The position numbers and the translations under genes are program-made. The notes under the pieces were generated by a model. That model was not told where the DNA came from and made no database searches. It saw only the letters and a program-made list of their open reading frames with translations. A stretch of 64,000 nt of DNA from a virus. Location: the IMG/VR virus record IMGVR_UViG_3300042691_034899, positions 1 to 64,000 of that record. The stretch is one strand, 5' to 3'. Within the stretch, counting starts at the first letter, position 1. Each line of letters opens with the position of its first letter. Shown here in pieces: positions 9,680 through 20,204 of this stretch.

Positions 9680-11365
9680 TTACAACATAAGTTCGATAAC
9701 AACGTATCGAGTTGTGTCAAGTACTAGAGCTCCTGACTGAGAAGTTGCCCAGAAAGTTTTACCCATGTACTTCAAGCTGCTCATAACATTTGTAGTCTGA
9801 GATCCATCAGCCATTCTACCTTGCTCATAACCATAAACAACGTGTGCTCCTTCTGGTTTAATGTAGTAGATGTTTGATTTCATTGAACCACCTTCAACAA
9901 GAGCTGCATTTTTAACTTTAGAAGTTACATTGCTATACTCAGGATTAGATGCGTCCCAGATAACCATTGAGTGAGAAGTGTGTGCTTTACCTTCACCGTA
10001 CATTCCTGCACTGAATCGGTCAGCAAGTGGTTGGTAATCCAAAGATGGATCATGCTCAACGATCACTCGTCCAATTCCAGGGATCAATACAGAGTTGATA
10101 ACAACTGCTTGCATTTCAAGTTCATCCAAGTTTCCTTTGAACACTGGCTTGATTTGAGCGTCTGTACCGATCATTCCTGCTGGAAGACCATTCAATTGTT
10201 GTACTGCTTCTTCACGGAAGATTTGCATTACGTTTTGGTATGCGTACCATCCTGCTTTGAACTTAATAGTTCGCTCTCTTACTGGAATTGTAGAATTCTT
10301 GTAAATGTAAGAAGCTGCTTCGTGGATGTGATCTACAGTAATTGAACCTGGCTTAGAGTACTTGATCAATTTACCTCTACGGATTTGATGCCATACACCT
10401 TCGTTTACTCTTTTGATACCATTAGAAGTTTGAATAGTTGCAGCTTTAGCAAACAATAAAGAGTAACACTCCATCATTGCAAGTTCCATAAGTGCAAGGT
10501 ATTCAAGAGTTGTACCGATCATCATTGAGTTAGTATCAAGGTTGTTACCTTGTTTGTTAGCAATGAAGAACATCTCACGGCTCTTACCTCCTAAATAATC
10601 TAATTTTTGTTGAACGCTATCCATCATATCTGATGTAAATTGGTTCAAACCTGGAGATTTCATTTTTGCAGCTTTTGCAGTCATGAAAGTCTCAACACCA
10701 CGAGGTGATCCAAGGATAAACTCATTAGTGATAGATCCAGCAGGATTCTTGATCATGTTGATTCCAGAGAAAGCTGTATCATACTCAGCAAGAGCGTGAC
10801 CAATTTTCATCCACTGGATACCAGCGATCAATTTGTCTTTAGGGAACCACTTACGGTTATCGTTTGTCATGTATACAACATAGTGCAAGAAGTTCTCACC
10901 TACTCGCTCTACTTCATGATCACTTGATACCATAACTTGCTCACCGTACTGAGGATCGTAAGAAAGGATGTCACCTTTAGTAAATTCTTGGCTAAGTACT
11001 ACTTCGAATACACCACCGTCAATACCTGGGTAATCATACTTGCTTGAAGTGTCTTGTGCTGTGTAGCAACGTACTTCAGTTCGAGTTACAGGTAAATCAT
11101 AAGTAATTGATTCTCCTTCTGCTACTTCCATTACAGCTGAATCTGCGAAAAGATCCTTCATAAATGGAATGTCAATTTGGTGCGTAGTCTTGAATAGATT
11201 GATCATACCTAGGTGCTTTCTGTGAGATTGCCCCTCGTCATCCATCAAATACGCAGAAACCTTAGCAGCGTCAACCCAACCTTGAGTCTTAAGCTCCTTT
11301 GCACTAGTAAAACCAATTACAGCATCGCCGTTAATGGTTTCTCTGATGTCAAATCTGTTTTGCAT
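9680..11365 (-). CDS. Major capsid protein (crAss-like, HK97 fold)
   Basis: 561 aa; terminase-portal-scaffold-MCP synteny; followed by a terminator; biased codon usage. Confidence 0.75.
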   Translation of the reverse strand: MQNRFDIRETINGDAVIGFTSAKELKTQGWVDAAKVSAYLMDDEGQSHRKHLGMINLFKTTHQIDIPFMKDLFADSAVMEVAEGESITYDLPVTRTEVRCYTAQDTSSKYDYPGIDGGVFEVVLSQEFTKGDILSYDPQYGEQVMVSSDHEVERVGENFLHYVVYMTNDNRKWFPKDKLIAGIQWMKIGHALAEYDTAFSGINMIKNPAGSITNEFILGSPRGVETFMTAKAAKMKSPGLNQFTSDMMDSVQQKLDYLGGKSREMFFIANKQGNNLDTNSMMIGTTLEYLALMELAMMECYSLLFAKAATIQTSNGIKRVNEGVWHQIRRGKLIKYSKPGSITVDHIHEAASYIYKNSTIPVRERTIKFKAGWYAYQNVMQIFREEAVQQLNGLPAGMIGTDAQIKPVFKGNLDELEMQAVVINSVLIPGIGRVIVEHDPSLDYQPLADRFSAGMYGEGKAHTSHSMVIWDASNPEYSNVTSKVKNAALVEGGSMKSNIYYIKPEGAHVVYGYEQGRMADGSQTTNVMSSLKYMGKTFWATSQSGALVLDTTRYVVIELML

Positions 11366-11388
11366 TTGTTATTTATTTGTTTAAGTTA

Positions 11389-12597
11389 TTATTTTGCTGA
11401 AGCTATTGTTTCAAGAGGGATCAGCCCGTCTCCTCCAAATCTATTTGTATTTTCTTTTAGTGTTGGTCCAGAAGTTGATCTTGCAGAACCAGTAACTATT
11501 TTCAATTTCTTAGCAGTATTAAGTTTTGTGGTCTTCACTGCTTCATTTGTAACTTGATTAATGTACTCTTGTTCATCAAGTAAAAATAAAGCTAACCTAG
11601 CTGCTTTCTTAGGATCTTCTCTTAATGAATAATAGATTCTATCAATTTCGAATCTTCCGTTTTCATCTTCTTTTGTAGCTAACTGAACAATTTTGTTTTT
11701 AACAACTTCATTTAGTTCAAAATCAGAGAGATTATCCTTTATCTCTTTTTTATAATTTTTCAACAAAGCTTTTCGCTTTTCAGCATTTTCGATAGCCATT
11801 TGTTTTGCTCTATCGACTTGCTGTTGCATTGCTGCACGAAGTTCTTGCTCTGCTTTTAAAGCTATGTCTTCAAGTTCTCCATCTGCTTTGTATGATCGGA
11901 TAAGTCTGTGGATAGTATCTTCATCCTGACCTCCTGCTACCATTCGTAAGTAGATTGCTCTTATTTGCCCTTCCTCAGTTGTTAGATCTAATTCATCTAA
12001 TGGATCTGAGAATGACTCTTTAACTTTCATTAGTTCATTGATGTCTCCACCGTTCCTGTCGATATCAATTAAATCTCTAGTAAAGTCTGAGATACCTTTT
12101 ACTGAAATCTTGTCTTTGGAAGCTTCTTCTTTGATTTCTTCCATTTTACTTTTTACGATTTCTCTAAAAGTATCTTCATCAATTTCAAGTTCATTTAGCG
12201 AAACTTCAACTTCATTTCCTTCCTCGTCTTCTTGAATCAATGTATCAATTGAATCTCCGAACATAGTTTTTAAAGTGTTTTTATACACTTCTGAACTAGA
12301 AGAAGAGAACTTGTAATCATCCTTACTATTTAAGGATTCTACACCGTTGCTAAGCTGAGAAGCAATGATTGATCCTGCGCTTTGATTTTTATCGGCAGAC
12401 TCATCACTATCATCAGACTCGTTTTCTACAGCTTTCTTAGCATCAGAAAGATTGAAGAAATTCATGTCAGGTCCTTCTGAACTTATCGCTTTCTCTAAAT
12501 CTTCGGTAGATTTTTTCAACTCGTTTGTTGAATCACCTCCAATGTTGTCTGACATCAAATCAGCCAGACTTACAATTTTTGCGCTTTCGTTACTCAT
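11389..12597 (-). CDS. Acidic coiled-coil scaffold-like protein
   Basis: 402 aa, D/E-rich and helical, between portal and MCP. Confidence 0.55.
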   Translation of the reverse strand: MSNESAKIVSLADLMSDNIGGDSTNELKKSTEDLEKAISSEGPDMNFFNLSDAKKAVENESDDSDESADKNQSAGSIIASQLSNGVESLNSKDDYKFSSSSSEVYKNTLKTMFGDSIDTLIQEDEEGNEVEVSLNELEIDEDTFREIVKSKMEEIKEEASKDKISVKGISDFTRDLIDIDRNGGDINELMKVKESFSDPLDELDLTTEEGQIRAIYLRMVAGGQDEDTIHRLIRSYKADGELEDIALKAEQELRAAMQQQVDRAKQMAIENAEKRKALLKNYKKEIKDNLSDFELNEVVKNKIVQLATKEDENGRFEIDRIYYSLREDPKKAARLALFLLDEQEYINQVTNEAVKTTKLNTAKKLKIVTGSARSTSGPTLKENTNRFGGDGLIPLETIASAK

Positions 12598-12684
12598 GCA
12601 AATTTATTTTATGGTTTTTAATTTTACAAATTCATTGTAATTATATGATATTTCAATCTAAATAATTAGAAAATATTATATAAT

Positions 12685-15453
12685 TTAATTTTTGTTTATC
12701 TCGGCTATGTACTCTTTGCTTTTTCTGTCCATAACTCTCTCTTGAATCTTTTGAGCCTCTAGCTTGAGTTTCTCCATCTTCAATGCCATTTCAGAATTCA
12801 TTTTCTTTTCCTTCTGATTGTAATCTCTTGTCGCTACTTCGTTTTTAAAATTAAGCTCGTTCTCTTTCATAGCAAGATCTGCTTGCTTATTAATCTGCTC
12901 GAATCCAGCTGCATCAGATTGTTTATCTGAAGCTCTACCAAGAGCATTAATTCTTTGCTTATTAAGTTCGTTTTCTCTATCTCTTTGTTTACTTTCTTCT
13001 TCTCTATCAAACTTAGCTTGTTCAGCTTGCTCTTGCATTTGAGCTTTTTGCATTTCAGCTTGCTGTTGTTGCTGGAATTGCGCTTGCTCTTGCTCTGCTC
13101 TTCTTTCTTGAGCCATTCTTGCTATTTCAACAGCTTCAGAGAATTCATCAGATCCGATTAACTTAGCTATTTCTAAAGTATCGGTTCCTAATGTATTTGT
13201 TTGTAGTAAATAAGTTTTGAATTGCTCAAGCTCTTTCCTCTTCTTAGAATCAGAAGATGCTATAAGTCCTATTCTTCTAAATGGAAACTCTGGATCAGTG
13301 AACTTTAAATACTCTATACTTGCGTCAGATTTCGTATAATATAGGGTAATATCTTTTTTATTAGATTGACAATACTGTGCTACAGATAAATGTAATTCAT
13401 ATGTAGCTTTTATATACTGTTCAAAGTTTTCGTAGATTTCAGAAATCTGTGCGAAAGTAGCTTCTTGACTTTGTTTAACTCCTTCAGCAGTTTCGTATTT
13501 TGTAGGAGCTTGAAGAATCTGTGGATTTATACCAATAATCTCGTAAGCTTTTCTTTGAGAAAATTCTGCTAATCTAATTCTATCATTTAACTGACTTGAA
13601 TAAGATAAGTTATAGCTTGATACTTGATTAAAGTTTGTAGGATTTCTTTGCCCATCTTGAGATGTTGCAATAGGTAAGATTCCAGTATCCTTTGCAATAT
13701 TACGCATTGCGATAAGGGCTTCTTGAGCATCTCCCCATCCATCAAATTCAGATGGGATCATTGCTGTATCAAGTAAGAAGAATACACCAATCTCTTTTTC
13801 AAGCATAGAGTATATCTGATTCATACAAAGATTATACTTTGCTTGGTATGGCTCTATCTTCTTAGCTTGTGACTGTCCAATATATCCTGCAACTGGAAGC
13901 CATCTATCAAATTCACTTTCTCCTTTAATCTGATGTTCAGAAGGTCTACAATATAAATATAATGGTCTAACTAAATTCTCTGATTGAATTTTAACTCCTT
14001 CATATACAACTGGCCTATAAGTCCACTGAAGCGTATTAGGTTTAAAATCAGTTACTATCTTTACAAGTTGAGTCTTGTAAGTTTGTTTAATGTTATTATC
14101 TTTTAAAAATTGTGGAAGAATGTCCTCTGTAACTTCCTCAGTTATAATCCTTCCTGTTTCAGAATCTTCATACGTAAGATAACCCCAAAGTTCGTAAGCT
14201 CTGAAATATACTTCAGTTACTTGACAAAGATCAAGTCTTTGCTTAAAGTCATCTCGCATTATTCTTGCGTAGTAACTATATCTACCATGGTAATCTCCCA
14301 TTAATCTTGGAAGGAATCTATCTCTTTCAGATGTAGTTCCATCTGGGTTGAATATAGTCTGAATACCCATAGGTACTCCAGTTTCTTCCTGAAGTCCTAA
14401 ATAGAAGTTATAATCAAAGTAGTTTGCAAATGGGACTCTTACTTGTTTATTAAAGTTACTTTGAATAGACTCTTCAACTGTACCTGTATAGTAACCATCT
14501 CCTACAAAGCTTTTCCATGCTTCATTTCCACCTAATAGTTCTTTCTGATCCTTTGCACTTATCTCGTGACCGTATCTTCTAATAACTTCAGCAGGTGTCC
14601 AGAAGTTCAACCTTCCAACATATTCACCTTTATGCACCATTTCAGCCTCAACCTCTCTTGAGAAAAATGTATTTTTTGCACTCCAGGATTCTGGCTCATA
14701 ATCATCGTATCCCATTCTAAAATGCCTAAAGCATCTACCAGATGTTAAATGATCTTTTAATTCTTGCCTTTCTAGTTTTGAAAAATTAAATCTTTCTTTG
14801 TCTCTTTCAAGAGTAGCTTCTCCCCATTGCATACCAATGGTCTTAAACTTTTTCTTAGAAGATTGTACTGTATCTTTTGGAGTAAACTCTTCAGTAGCTC
14901 TTTGAAGCTGCTCCATATATTGTGCTTGCTCTTCTTCAGATTCAAATTCTTTTCCTTCTTTTGAGAATCCGTTTTTAGCAAGATGCATATCAACTGTATT
15001 CTGAATAACCTTTTTAATAAGGTCCTGAATTTCGTTGTTTTTATGTCTTAAGAAATCATTCTCGGCAACTTCTCCTGTATCTGTTACGTGGAATTTTGGC
15101 TGCATAGAACTATAATAACCAACTAACGCATTGATTACTATTCCAATAATATCGTAATGTTTTAAGAAAGATGGGACACCTACTCCATCAAGAAGACTCT
15201 GAATATCCTTCATGTGAGGTGCGACTTCAGATAACTCCTGGTAGGACAATTTGCCATCTACCATTCTGTAAAGATCTATAAACTGAAGGTTGTCTTTAAA
15301 CTGCTCAATAGCCTCAAATTCAAAAGAATCTAGAACAGCTTCTTGCCACTCCTTAGACTCTTTTACCTTTTTAGGTACAGTCATAGGAGGCAAGTTATCT
15401 GACTTGTATATTCTAGAAAAAATAGTTGTCGGACTAGATCCAATATATCCCAT
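12685..15453 (-). CDS. Portal protein
   Basis: 922 aa after the terminase; long C-terminal Q/E coiled coil typical of crAss-like portals. Confidence 0.75.
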   Translation of the reverse strand: MGYIGSSPTTIFSRIYKSDNLPPMTVPKKVKESKEWQEAVLDSFEFEAIEQFKDNLQFIDLYRMVDGKLSYQELSEVAPHMKDIQSLLDGVGVPSFLKHYDIIGIVINALVGYYSSMQPKFHVTDTGEVAENDFLRHKNNEIQDLIKKVIQNTVDMHLAKNGFSKEGKEFESEEEQAQYMEQLQRATEEFTPKDTVQSSKKKFKTIGMQWGEATLERDKERFNFSKLERQELKDHLTSGRCFRHFRMGYDDYEPESWSAKNTFFSREVEAEMVHKGEYVGRLNFWTPAEVIRRYGHEISAKDQKELLGGNEAWKSFVGDGYYTGTVEESIQSNFNKQVRVPFANYFDYNFYLGLQEETGVPMGIQTIFNPDGTTSERDRFLPRLMGDYHGRYSYYARIMRDDFKQRLDLCQVTEVYFRAYELWGYLTYEDSETGRIITEEVTEDILPQFLKDNNIKQTYKTQLVKIVTDFKPNTLQWTYRPVVYEGVKIQSENLVRPLYLYCRPSEHQIKGESEFDRWLPVAGYIGQSQAKKIEPYQAKYNLCMNQIYSMLEKEIGVFFLLDTAMIPSEFDGWGDAQEALIAMRNIAKDTGILPIATSQDGQRNPTNFNQVSSYNLSYSSQLNDRIRLAEFSQRKAYEIIGINPQILQAPTKYETAEGVKQSQEATFAQISEIYENFEQYIKATYELHLSVAQYCQSNKKDITLYYTKSDASIEYLKFTDPEFPFRRIGLIASSDSKKRKELEQFKTYLLQTNTLGTDTLEIAKLIGSDEFSEAVEIARMAQERRAEQEQAQFQQQQQAEMQKAQMQEQAEQAKFDREEESKQRDRENELNKQRINALGRASDKQSDAAGFEQINKQADLAMKENELNFKNEVATRDYNQKEKKMNSEMALKMEKLKLEAQKIQERVMDRKSKEYIAEINKN

Positions 15454-15509
15454 TCTACAAATATCGTTAATTAGTATAAGAAATTCAAAAAAATTAGAAA
15501 TTGTATAAT

Positions 15510-17573
15510 CTAATACTTCTTACCTCTTGTCATTCCATATCTATTGTTTCCAAGTAAAAGCTCTCTTTTCCTCTCTTCTTTCTGATCAAACTTTTCCCTC
15601 TTTATCTGTTTTTCTGGAAGTATGTTTAATTTATCAAGCTCTCTAGCGTAAACTAAAGCGTGAGAAAATGCTGTAATGCGGTCAAAGTTACCTCCTTTAT
15701 ACCAGTTTGACATTTCCTTAAGTAAATCAATATCATCTATAAACTCAACGCCAAGTTTTATTATTGGGTTGCCATCGTCATCTATACCAACTGTATGCTC
15801 TTCCTTACAATAATCTACAAGTACATTGAATCTATACTGATTATTACCTGCATTTGGATAGAGACCAAACTTAGAGTTTAATGATGGCTTCTTCTTACTT
15901 GTAAGCCCTGAAAAAGATATAGCTGGAGCAAGAATATCATACTCTCTTCCTTTTTGTTCCAAGTACTGCTTGAAACTCATATCTATACTTTCCATTAAAC
16001 ACTCTGCATTCCATACATCAGAAAGCTTTTCACATATCTGATTGAAATCTCTTTGTCTATCTGGTCTTGATGTATAAGCTGCAGCTATAGTTTCACAAGG
16101 TTCATTGGGGGATAAATTTCTTCTTTTAATTACGTAAAAAGATCCTAATGAGTCTGTTTCAGAAGTGTCTAATTTATAGGAGTCAAGCCCTGATACAAAC
16201 GTACCCCTAGGTGGTGGCCCGTCTTCTGGGAAATGAGAAAACAATACAACTGGAGCGTCAATATTACCTCCTGGATGAGATACAGATGCTCTTTTTTTAT
16301 TTACTAGCTCATATTTAAACTTACCTGCATTATCTCTAAATACTCCTATATCTTTTCCAATCTTACCAGTGTCTTCTAGATATCTTATGTGTCTATCTAT
16401 TACTGAAACTGGAAATGGGTTATTGCTATTTGTCAAGAAACAATCAGCTGTTTCAAGAGGATAGTACATCTGGTTTTTCTGCCGATCCTCTTCTTTTTTT
16501 AATGATTTATTTCTATGTTTTATTACCTCTGTTGCTTCTGTCCAATTGGTTACATTTATTTTGATAGAGTCTAGATCTTTACTTTGTATTCCTAAAAATT
16601 CAGATAATTTTTTATTTTCCTTTTCAACTGATAAACGATAACTCATTTGACCTGGAACAAACATTGCAAAATTACTCTTCTTACTCCTTGTCCATGTTAT
16701 GGCCTCTTCAGGCACACTTCTGTCAAGTCTATCCCAATTCATCATCAGTAGATCATAGGCTTCTGGATCAGATAAAATATCTTTTGCGTCTTGAGAAAGC
16801 TCTTTATTACCACCTGTTCCTGATAGTAAATGCACAAGTTTCTGACCATACTGAGTTCTAAATGAAGGCAAAGCAGCATTTAATGGTCCCTTACAATCGA
16901 ACTTACCTATCTCATCCATAATGTAGCCTACAGGAGATAAACCAGCACTTTTTTCAGATTCCTTCTTACTACCCCTATTTACGTTTCTTATAGCGATTTG
17001 AGAATGCACATATCTGTGACCAGTCTTTTCTTTAAGTCCAAATTCTACAAATGAATCCCAATCAGTTACAAGCCTAGGAAGTTGAAGTGCAGGATGTACG
17101 TTATTGAAATGTCTTTCTAGAAGTGCGGATATTGCTTGTAAGTCACCGTCTGATCCTCCGACTATCGATGTAACACCATTTGTTCGAATTGTATTTAGCC
17201 AGGAAGTTAAAGAGGCTAACGATGTTGATTTAGCAAAACCACGAGTTCCGAAAAGACAAAGTCCTTTTCCTTCTTTTTCCGCTTGCTGATAACTTTCAAC
17301 TACATACATGAAGTTGTCATCAAGTGGTGGACACATTATCTTCTCTTCTTTATTCTTTAGTGGAATAGGGGTCTTAAAATAATTTAAATGGTAATACAAC
17401 CAAGGGTGTACGAAAAAACCTCCTATGTATACACCATTGGTTATTTTTGATTTTTCTTCCTCAAAAAATTTTATAACATCTGAGGATTGTTCAAAATAAT
17501 GCTTTCTTGGGTTATACACAGGAGGCTTATTCATATTTATGAACATCTCCTTACTACTGAGAATACTTGACAT
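15510..17573 (-). CDS. terL: Terminase large subunit
   Basis: Walker A-like GTRGFAKS, Walker B YIMDEIGK, motif III SGTGG, nuclease acidic residues (GLDSY, DSLGS, NFDR). Confidence 0.85.
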   Translation of the reverse strand: MSSILSSKEMFINMNKPPVYNPRKHYFEQSSDVIKFFEEEKSKITNGVYIGGFFVHPWLYYHLNYFKTPIPLKNKEEKIMCPPLDDNFMYVVESYQQAEKEGKGLCLFGTRGFAKSTSLASLTSWLNTIRTNGVTSIVGGSDGDLQAISALLERHFNNVHPALQLPRLVTDWDSFVEFGLKEKTGHRYVHSQIAIRNVNRGSKKESEKSAGLSPVGYIMDEIGKFDCKGPLNAALPSFRTQYGQKLVHLLSGTGGNKELSQDAKDILSDPEAYDLLMMNWDRLDRSVPEEAITWTRSKKSNFAMFVPGQMSYRLSVEKENKKLSEFLGIQSKDLDSIKINVTNWTEATEVIKHRNKSLKKEEDRQKNQMYYPLETADCFLTNSNNPFPVSVIDRHIRYLEDTGKIGKDIGVFRDNAGKFKYELVNKKRASVSHPGGNIDAPVVLFSHFPEDGPPPRGTFVSGLDSYKLDTSETDSLGSFYVIKRRNLSPNEPCETIAAAYTSRPDRQRDFNQICEKLSDVWNAECLMESIDMSFKQYLEQKGREYDILAPAISFSGLTSKKKPSLNSKFGLYPNAGNNQYRFNVLVDYCKEEHTVGIDDDGNPIIKLGVEFIDDIDLLKEMSNWYKGGNFDRITAFSHALVYARELDKLNILPEKQIKREKFDQKEERKRELLLGNNRYGMTRGKKY

Positions 17574-17579
17574 AGAGTA

Positions 17580-18065
17580 CTACTGTAAGTTTTCGTACAT
17601 TTCTTTCAAGCTATCGTTAGATGCTTTTCTTGTTTCAAGAGCTTCTGTAATTACTTTCTTAAAGTCTTCATCTGAGAAAACAACATCTCCAGAATCATTT
17701 ACAATAAAGATATCTGACTTCTGATTAGAAATGTTTTTCATAGCTTCTTTTTTATTTTCGTCTAGTCCTAAATCAATATCAAAAATATTTGACATAGTAT
17801 TTAACTCTATAAGAGTATTTAAGATATGTTGAAGATTTTGTTCCATAAGGAATGAGTAATAATGTAAATCCATTAATCGGATTAAATCCGATTTTACATC
17901 TTCATAACTTCCAGATGGATTACTCTTTTTGTGAGATTTTACAACTTCACGAGTTTTCATAAACTCTTCACGATCTGTAAAAATTCTTTTTTCAAACTTC
18001 TCTACTCTATTCAAGAGATCATTAACTCTTGACTTTAAATAGGTTTCAACTGACTCGTTTTTCAT
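17580..18065 (-). CDS. Hypothetical protein
   Basis: 161 aa helical ORF upstream of terL. Confidence 0.6.
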   Translation of the reverse strand: MKNESVETYLKSRVNDLLNRVEKFEKRIFTDREEFMKTREVVKSHKKSNPSGSYEDVKSDLIRLMDLHYYSFLMEQNLQHILNTLIELNTMSNIFDIDLGLDENKKEAMKNISNQKSDIFIVNDSGDVVFSDEDFKKVITEALETRKASNDSLKEMYENLQ

Positions 18066-18085
18066 ATTTGGTTTTTATTTATTTA

Positions 18086-18307
18086 CTATTCAGACTCTTC
18101 TTTGATTGCTTTATCAATTGCAGAGTATATTTGCTGATCTGTTATATTTAATATTGCTTGTCTTGTACTTGTGTCTACTCCAGCTTTATTTAACTGTGTA
18201 AATATGCTAAAGAGTACTTCTCCTATTGTATAGTTTGGCAACCTGTCAGTATATTCAGATAGCTTATCTATAAAAAGAGGTTTATAATTCATGTTACTAG
18301 TTGCCAT
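18086..18307 (-). CDS. Hypothetical protein
   Basis: 73 aa ORF within the operon. Confidence 0.55.
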   Translation of the reverse strand: MATSNMNYKPLFIDKLSEYTDRLPNYTIGEVLFSIFTQLNKAGVDTSTRQAILNITDQQIYSAIDKAIKEESE

Positions 18308-18956
18308 TTTTGTAAATCTTAAATAGAATTGTAATTGTTTTTGTGTTTATTCCAAGATTGTATGTTACGTACATATTCTTTTGAGTCCAAGTATTTTCTG
18401 AAAACTTTAGAGTTGATATATCAATATTGAACTGTGATGTTTCTTCATCTATCACTTCAATACTTCCTACCGTACAAGAGCATCCTGCGTTGTAAGATTT
18501 AACATCAAAACCTCCCTTTCTTTTTAGTTGAAATGAAAATGAAACTTTTGGACTAGACGTTGGATTAAGTTCATATATCAAGTTAGTGCCTTCTAAATAT
18601 ACTGAACCCATGTCATCAGTGATATTTGTAATTGACAGTTTTTTATCGGACAATGACTCTACCTCTAAGGCAACCCAATTTGGACTTAGGCCTATACTTG
18701 CTTTTCCACAAGTCTCTTGTTTTACAGCACACTTACGTTCAATACAACATCCACATGCTGTACAGTGATTACTATTATCACAAATACCTGTAGATATTTT
18801 TATCTTATCAGCTATCTTTAAAGTGTCGTTAGATATATTCTTTGAATTGTACTCACAAGAGTTGCATGTTTCAATTCTATCCTGATACCACTTCTCATCT
18901 ACTGGAAGCTCCTCAAGGAATGCTTTTACAATTGTTTTTGCTTTTTTTAAATTCAT
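18297..18956 (-). CDS. Zn-finger/Cys-cluster protein with C-terminal Ig-like domain
   Basis: RxxxCxxC...CxxCGC..xxK..C and GCSCT motifs. Confidence 0.55.
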   Translation of the reverse strand: MNLKKAKTIVKAFLEELPVDEKWYQDRIETCNSCEYNSKNISNDTLKIADKIKISTGICDNSNHCTACGCCIERKCAVKQETCGKASIGLSPNWVALEVESLSDKKLSITNITDDMGSVYLEGTNLIYELNPTSSPKVSFSFQLKRKGGFDVKSYNAGCSCTVGSIEVIDEETSQFNIDISTLKFSENTWTQKNMYVTYNLGINTKTITILFKIYKNGN

Positions 18957-18965
18957 TTTAATTTG

Positions 18966-19382
18966 TTATTGTGCGTTTTGCCATTCTTCTAATTCCCTAA
19001 GAGACTTCCCTTTACTGAAATAAGTGCTGAATAGTTTAGACCGTTTTCTATGTCTATTGTATCCAGATATTCCTTCAAACTCTCTACCAAATTTCTCTAA
19101 CCTTTTTCTATTTACTCCGATCATCTTTGTCTTATGCTTAGACAACTCCTCTTCTTTATCTTTATAGTATGTGTAGTCTCTTTCTACTTTTGTCCAATTT
19201 AAGTACATTCTACCAACACTTGGAATATTTACAGTAAGAACTTCTGGATCCATTGTAAGTTTTTTTATCCAATGTACCATAAAATCAACATGATCTTCAA
19301 TCAGTTCTTTTGGCATGTTAAGCTCTTTTGCAACAATTTCTGCAATATCACTTGTAAAAGCTATATCAGTTGGCCTTTGCAT
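18966..19382 (-). CDS. HU/IHF-like DNA-binding protein
   Basis: DIAEIVAKELNMPKELIEDHVDF...VNIPSVGRMY fits the HU helix-helix-beta pattern; IHF-like genes occur near terL in crAss-like phages. Confidence 0.5.
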   Translation of the reverse strand: MQRPTDIAFTSDIAEIVAKELNMPKELIEDHVDFMVHWIKKLTMDPEVLTVNIPSVGRMYLNWTKVERDYTYYKDKEEELSKHKTKMIGVNRKRLEKFGREFEGISGYNRHRKRSKLFSTYFSKGKSLRELEEWQNAQ

Positions 19383-19800
19383 TTGTACTATTTACAACTT
19401 GAAATAAAAACATCATGTTTGAATCACCACTGCTATGGACGTATTCCTGTAGCTTCACTAAATCTTTATGCAAATGATTAATCCTTGTATTCATAGGATC
19501 CTTTACAAGATAGTCGTTGTGACGCAGTTCTAAATTCATTGAATTTATAGCAGGTTTTTTCACATTTAAGATTTTAGCTGCCTTTTCTTTAGTTGAGCTA
19601 TTGTACCCATACTTTATGTACAATGCTAAGAGCAATATTAACTTCTCTCTTAGTACATTTGATGTTACTCCACACACTCTTCTATGACAAGAGAATAAAT
19701 AAATTATTTTCTTTAGGCCATCAATCTCGTCATCTTTTACTATATCTGGTGCTAGATATATATTTGGGCCAGTGTTTTTACGTTCTATTTGATCTTCCAA
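19366..19800 (-). CDS. Hypothetical protein, possible wHTH
   Basis: 144 aa; KAAKILNVKKPAINSMNLEL is HTH-like. Confidence 0.5.
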   Translation of the reverse strand: MEDQIERKNTGPNIYLAPDIVKDDEIDGLKKIIYLFSCHRRVCGVTSNVLREKLILLLALYIKYGYNSSTKEKAAKILNVKKPAINSMNLELRHNDYLVKDPMNTRINHLHKDLVKLQEYVHSSGDSNMMFLFQVVNSTNAKAN

Positions 19801-19909
19801 TTGAGTTAGTTTTTAGAAAATTTGCATAAAGAAATATAATATTTTCTAATTATCCAAATAAATAACAATTTTTAACATTATTTTTACATAAAAATACAAA
19901 CATAAGAAT

Positions 19910-19917
19910 TAATTTTG
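19910..19917 (+). promoter_or_regulatory. Bacteroidota -7 promoter element 4 nt before ATG
   Basis: TAATTTTG-atat-ATG(19922). Confidence 0.5.
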
Positions 19918-19921
19918 ATAT

Positions 19922-20152
19922 ATGGAAGAAATAATTCAAACTGAAGAAGAATATTTTTACAAAATCTTCAATACGATATCGGAAAGTATAATTACTGATG
20001 AGTACTTTGATAAAAATGATAAGCTACTAAGTAGTATATCAAGTTCCCTATATGACATTAATATCATAACTGAAGGTAAAATGCCGCCAGAGCTTGGTAG
20101 AAGAGTTATTGAAGAGGTATTCTCAAATGTATTCAAACACGGTATACGTTAA
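19922..20152 (+). CDS. Hypothetical protein
   Basis: 76 aa, first gene of the divergent plus-strand block. Confidence 0.55.
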   Translation: MEEIIQTEEEYFYKIFNTISESIITDEYFDKNDKLLSSISSSLYDINIITEGKMPPELGRRVIEEVFSNVFKHGIR

Positions 20153-20168
20153 ATTTTTCCAAAAAGTA

Positions 20169-20200
20169 TTTGCAGATATTTACTTTTCTGTTTATATTTG
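20169..20200 (+). promoter_or_regulatory. Bacteroidota sigma-A promoter
   Basis: TTTGCA...TATATTTG with no ORF downstream for ~390 nt. Confidence 0.6.
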
Positions 20201-20204
20201 CGGT

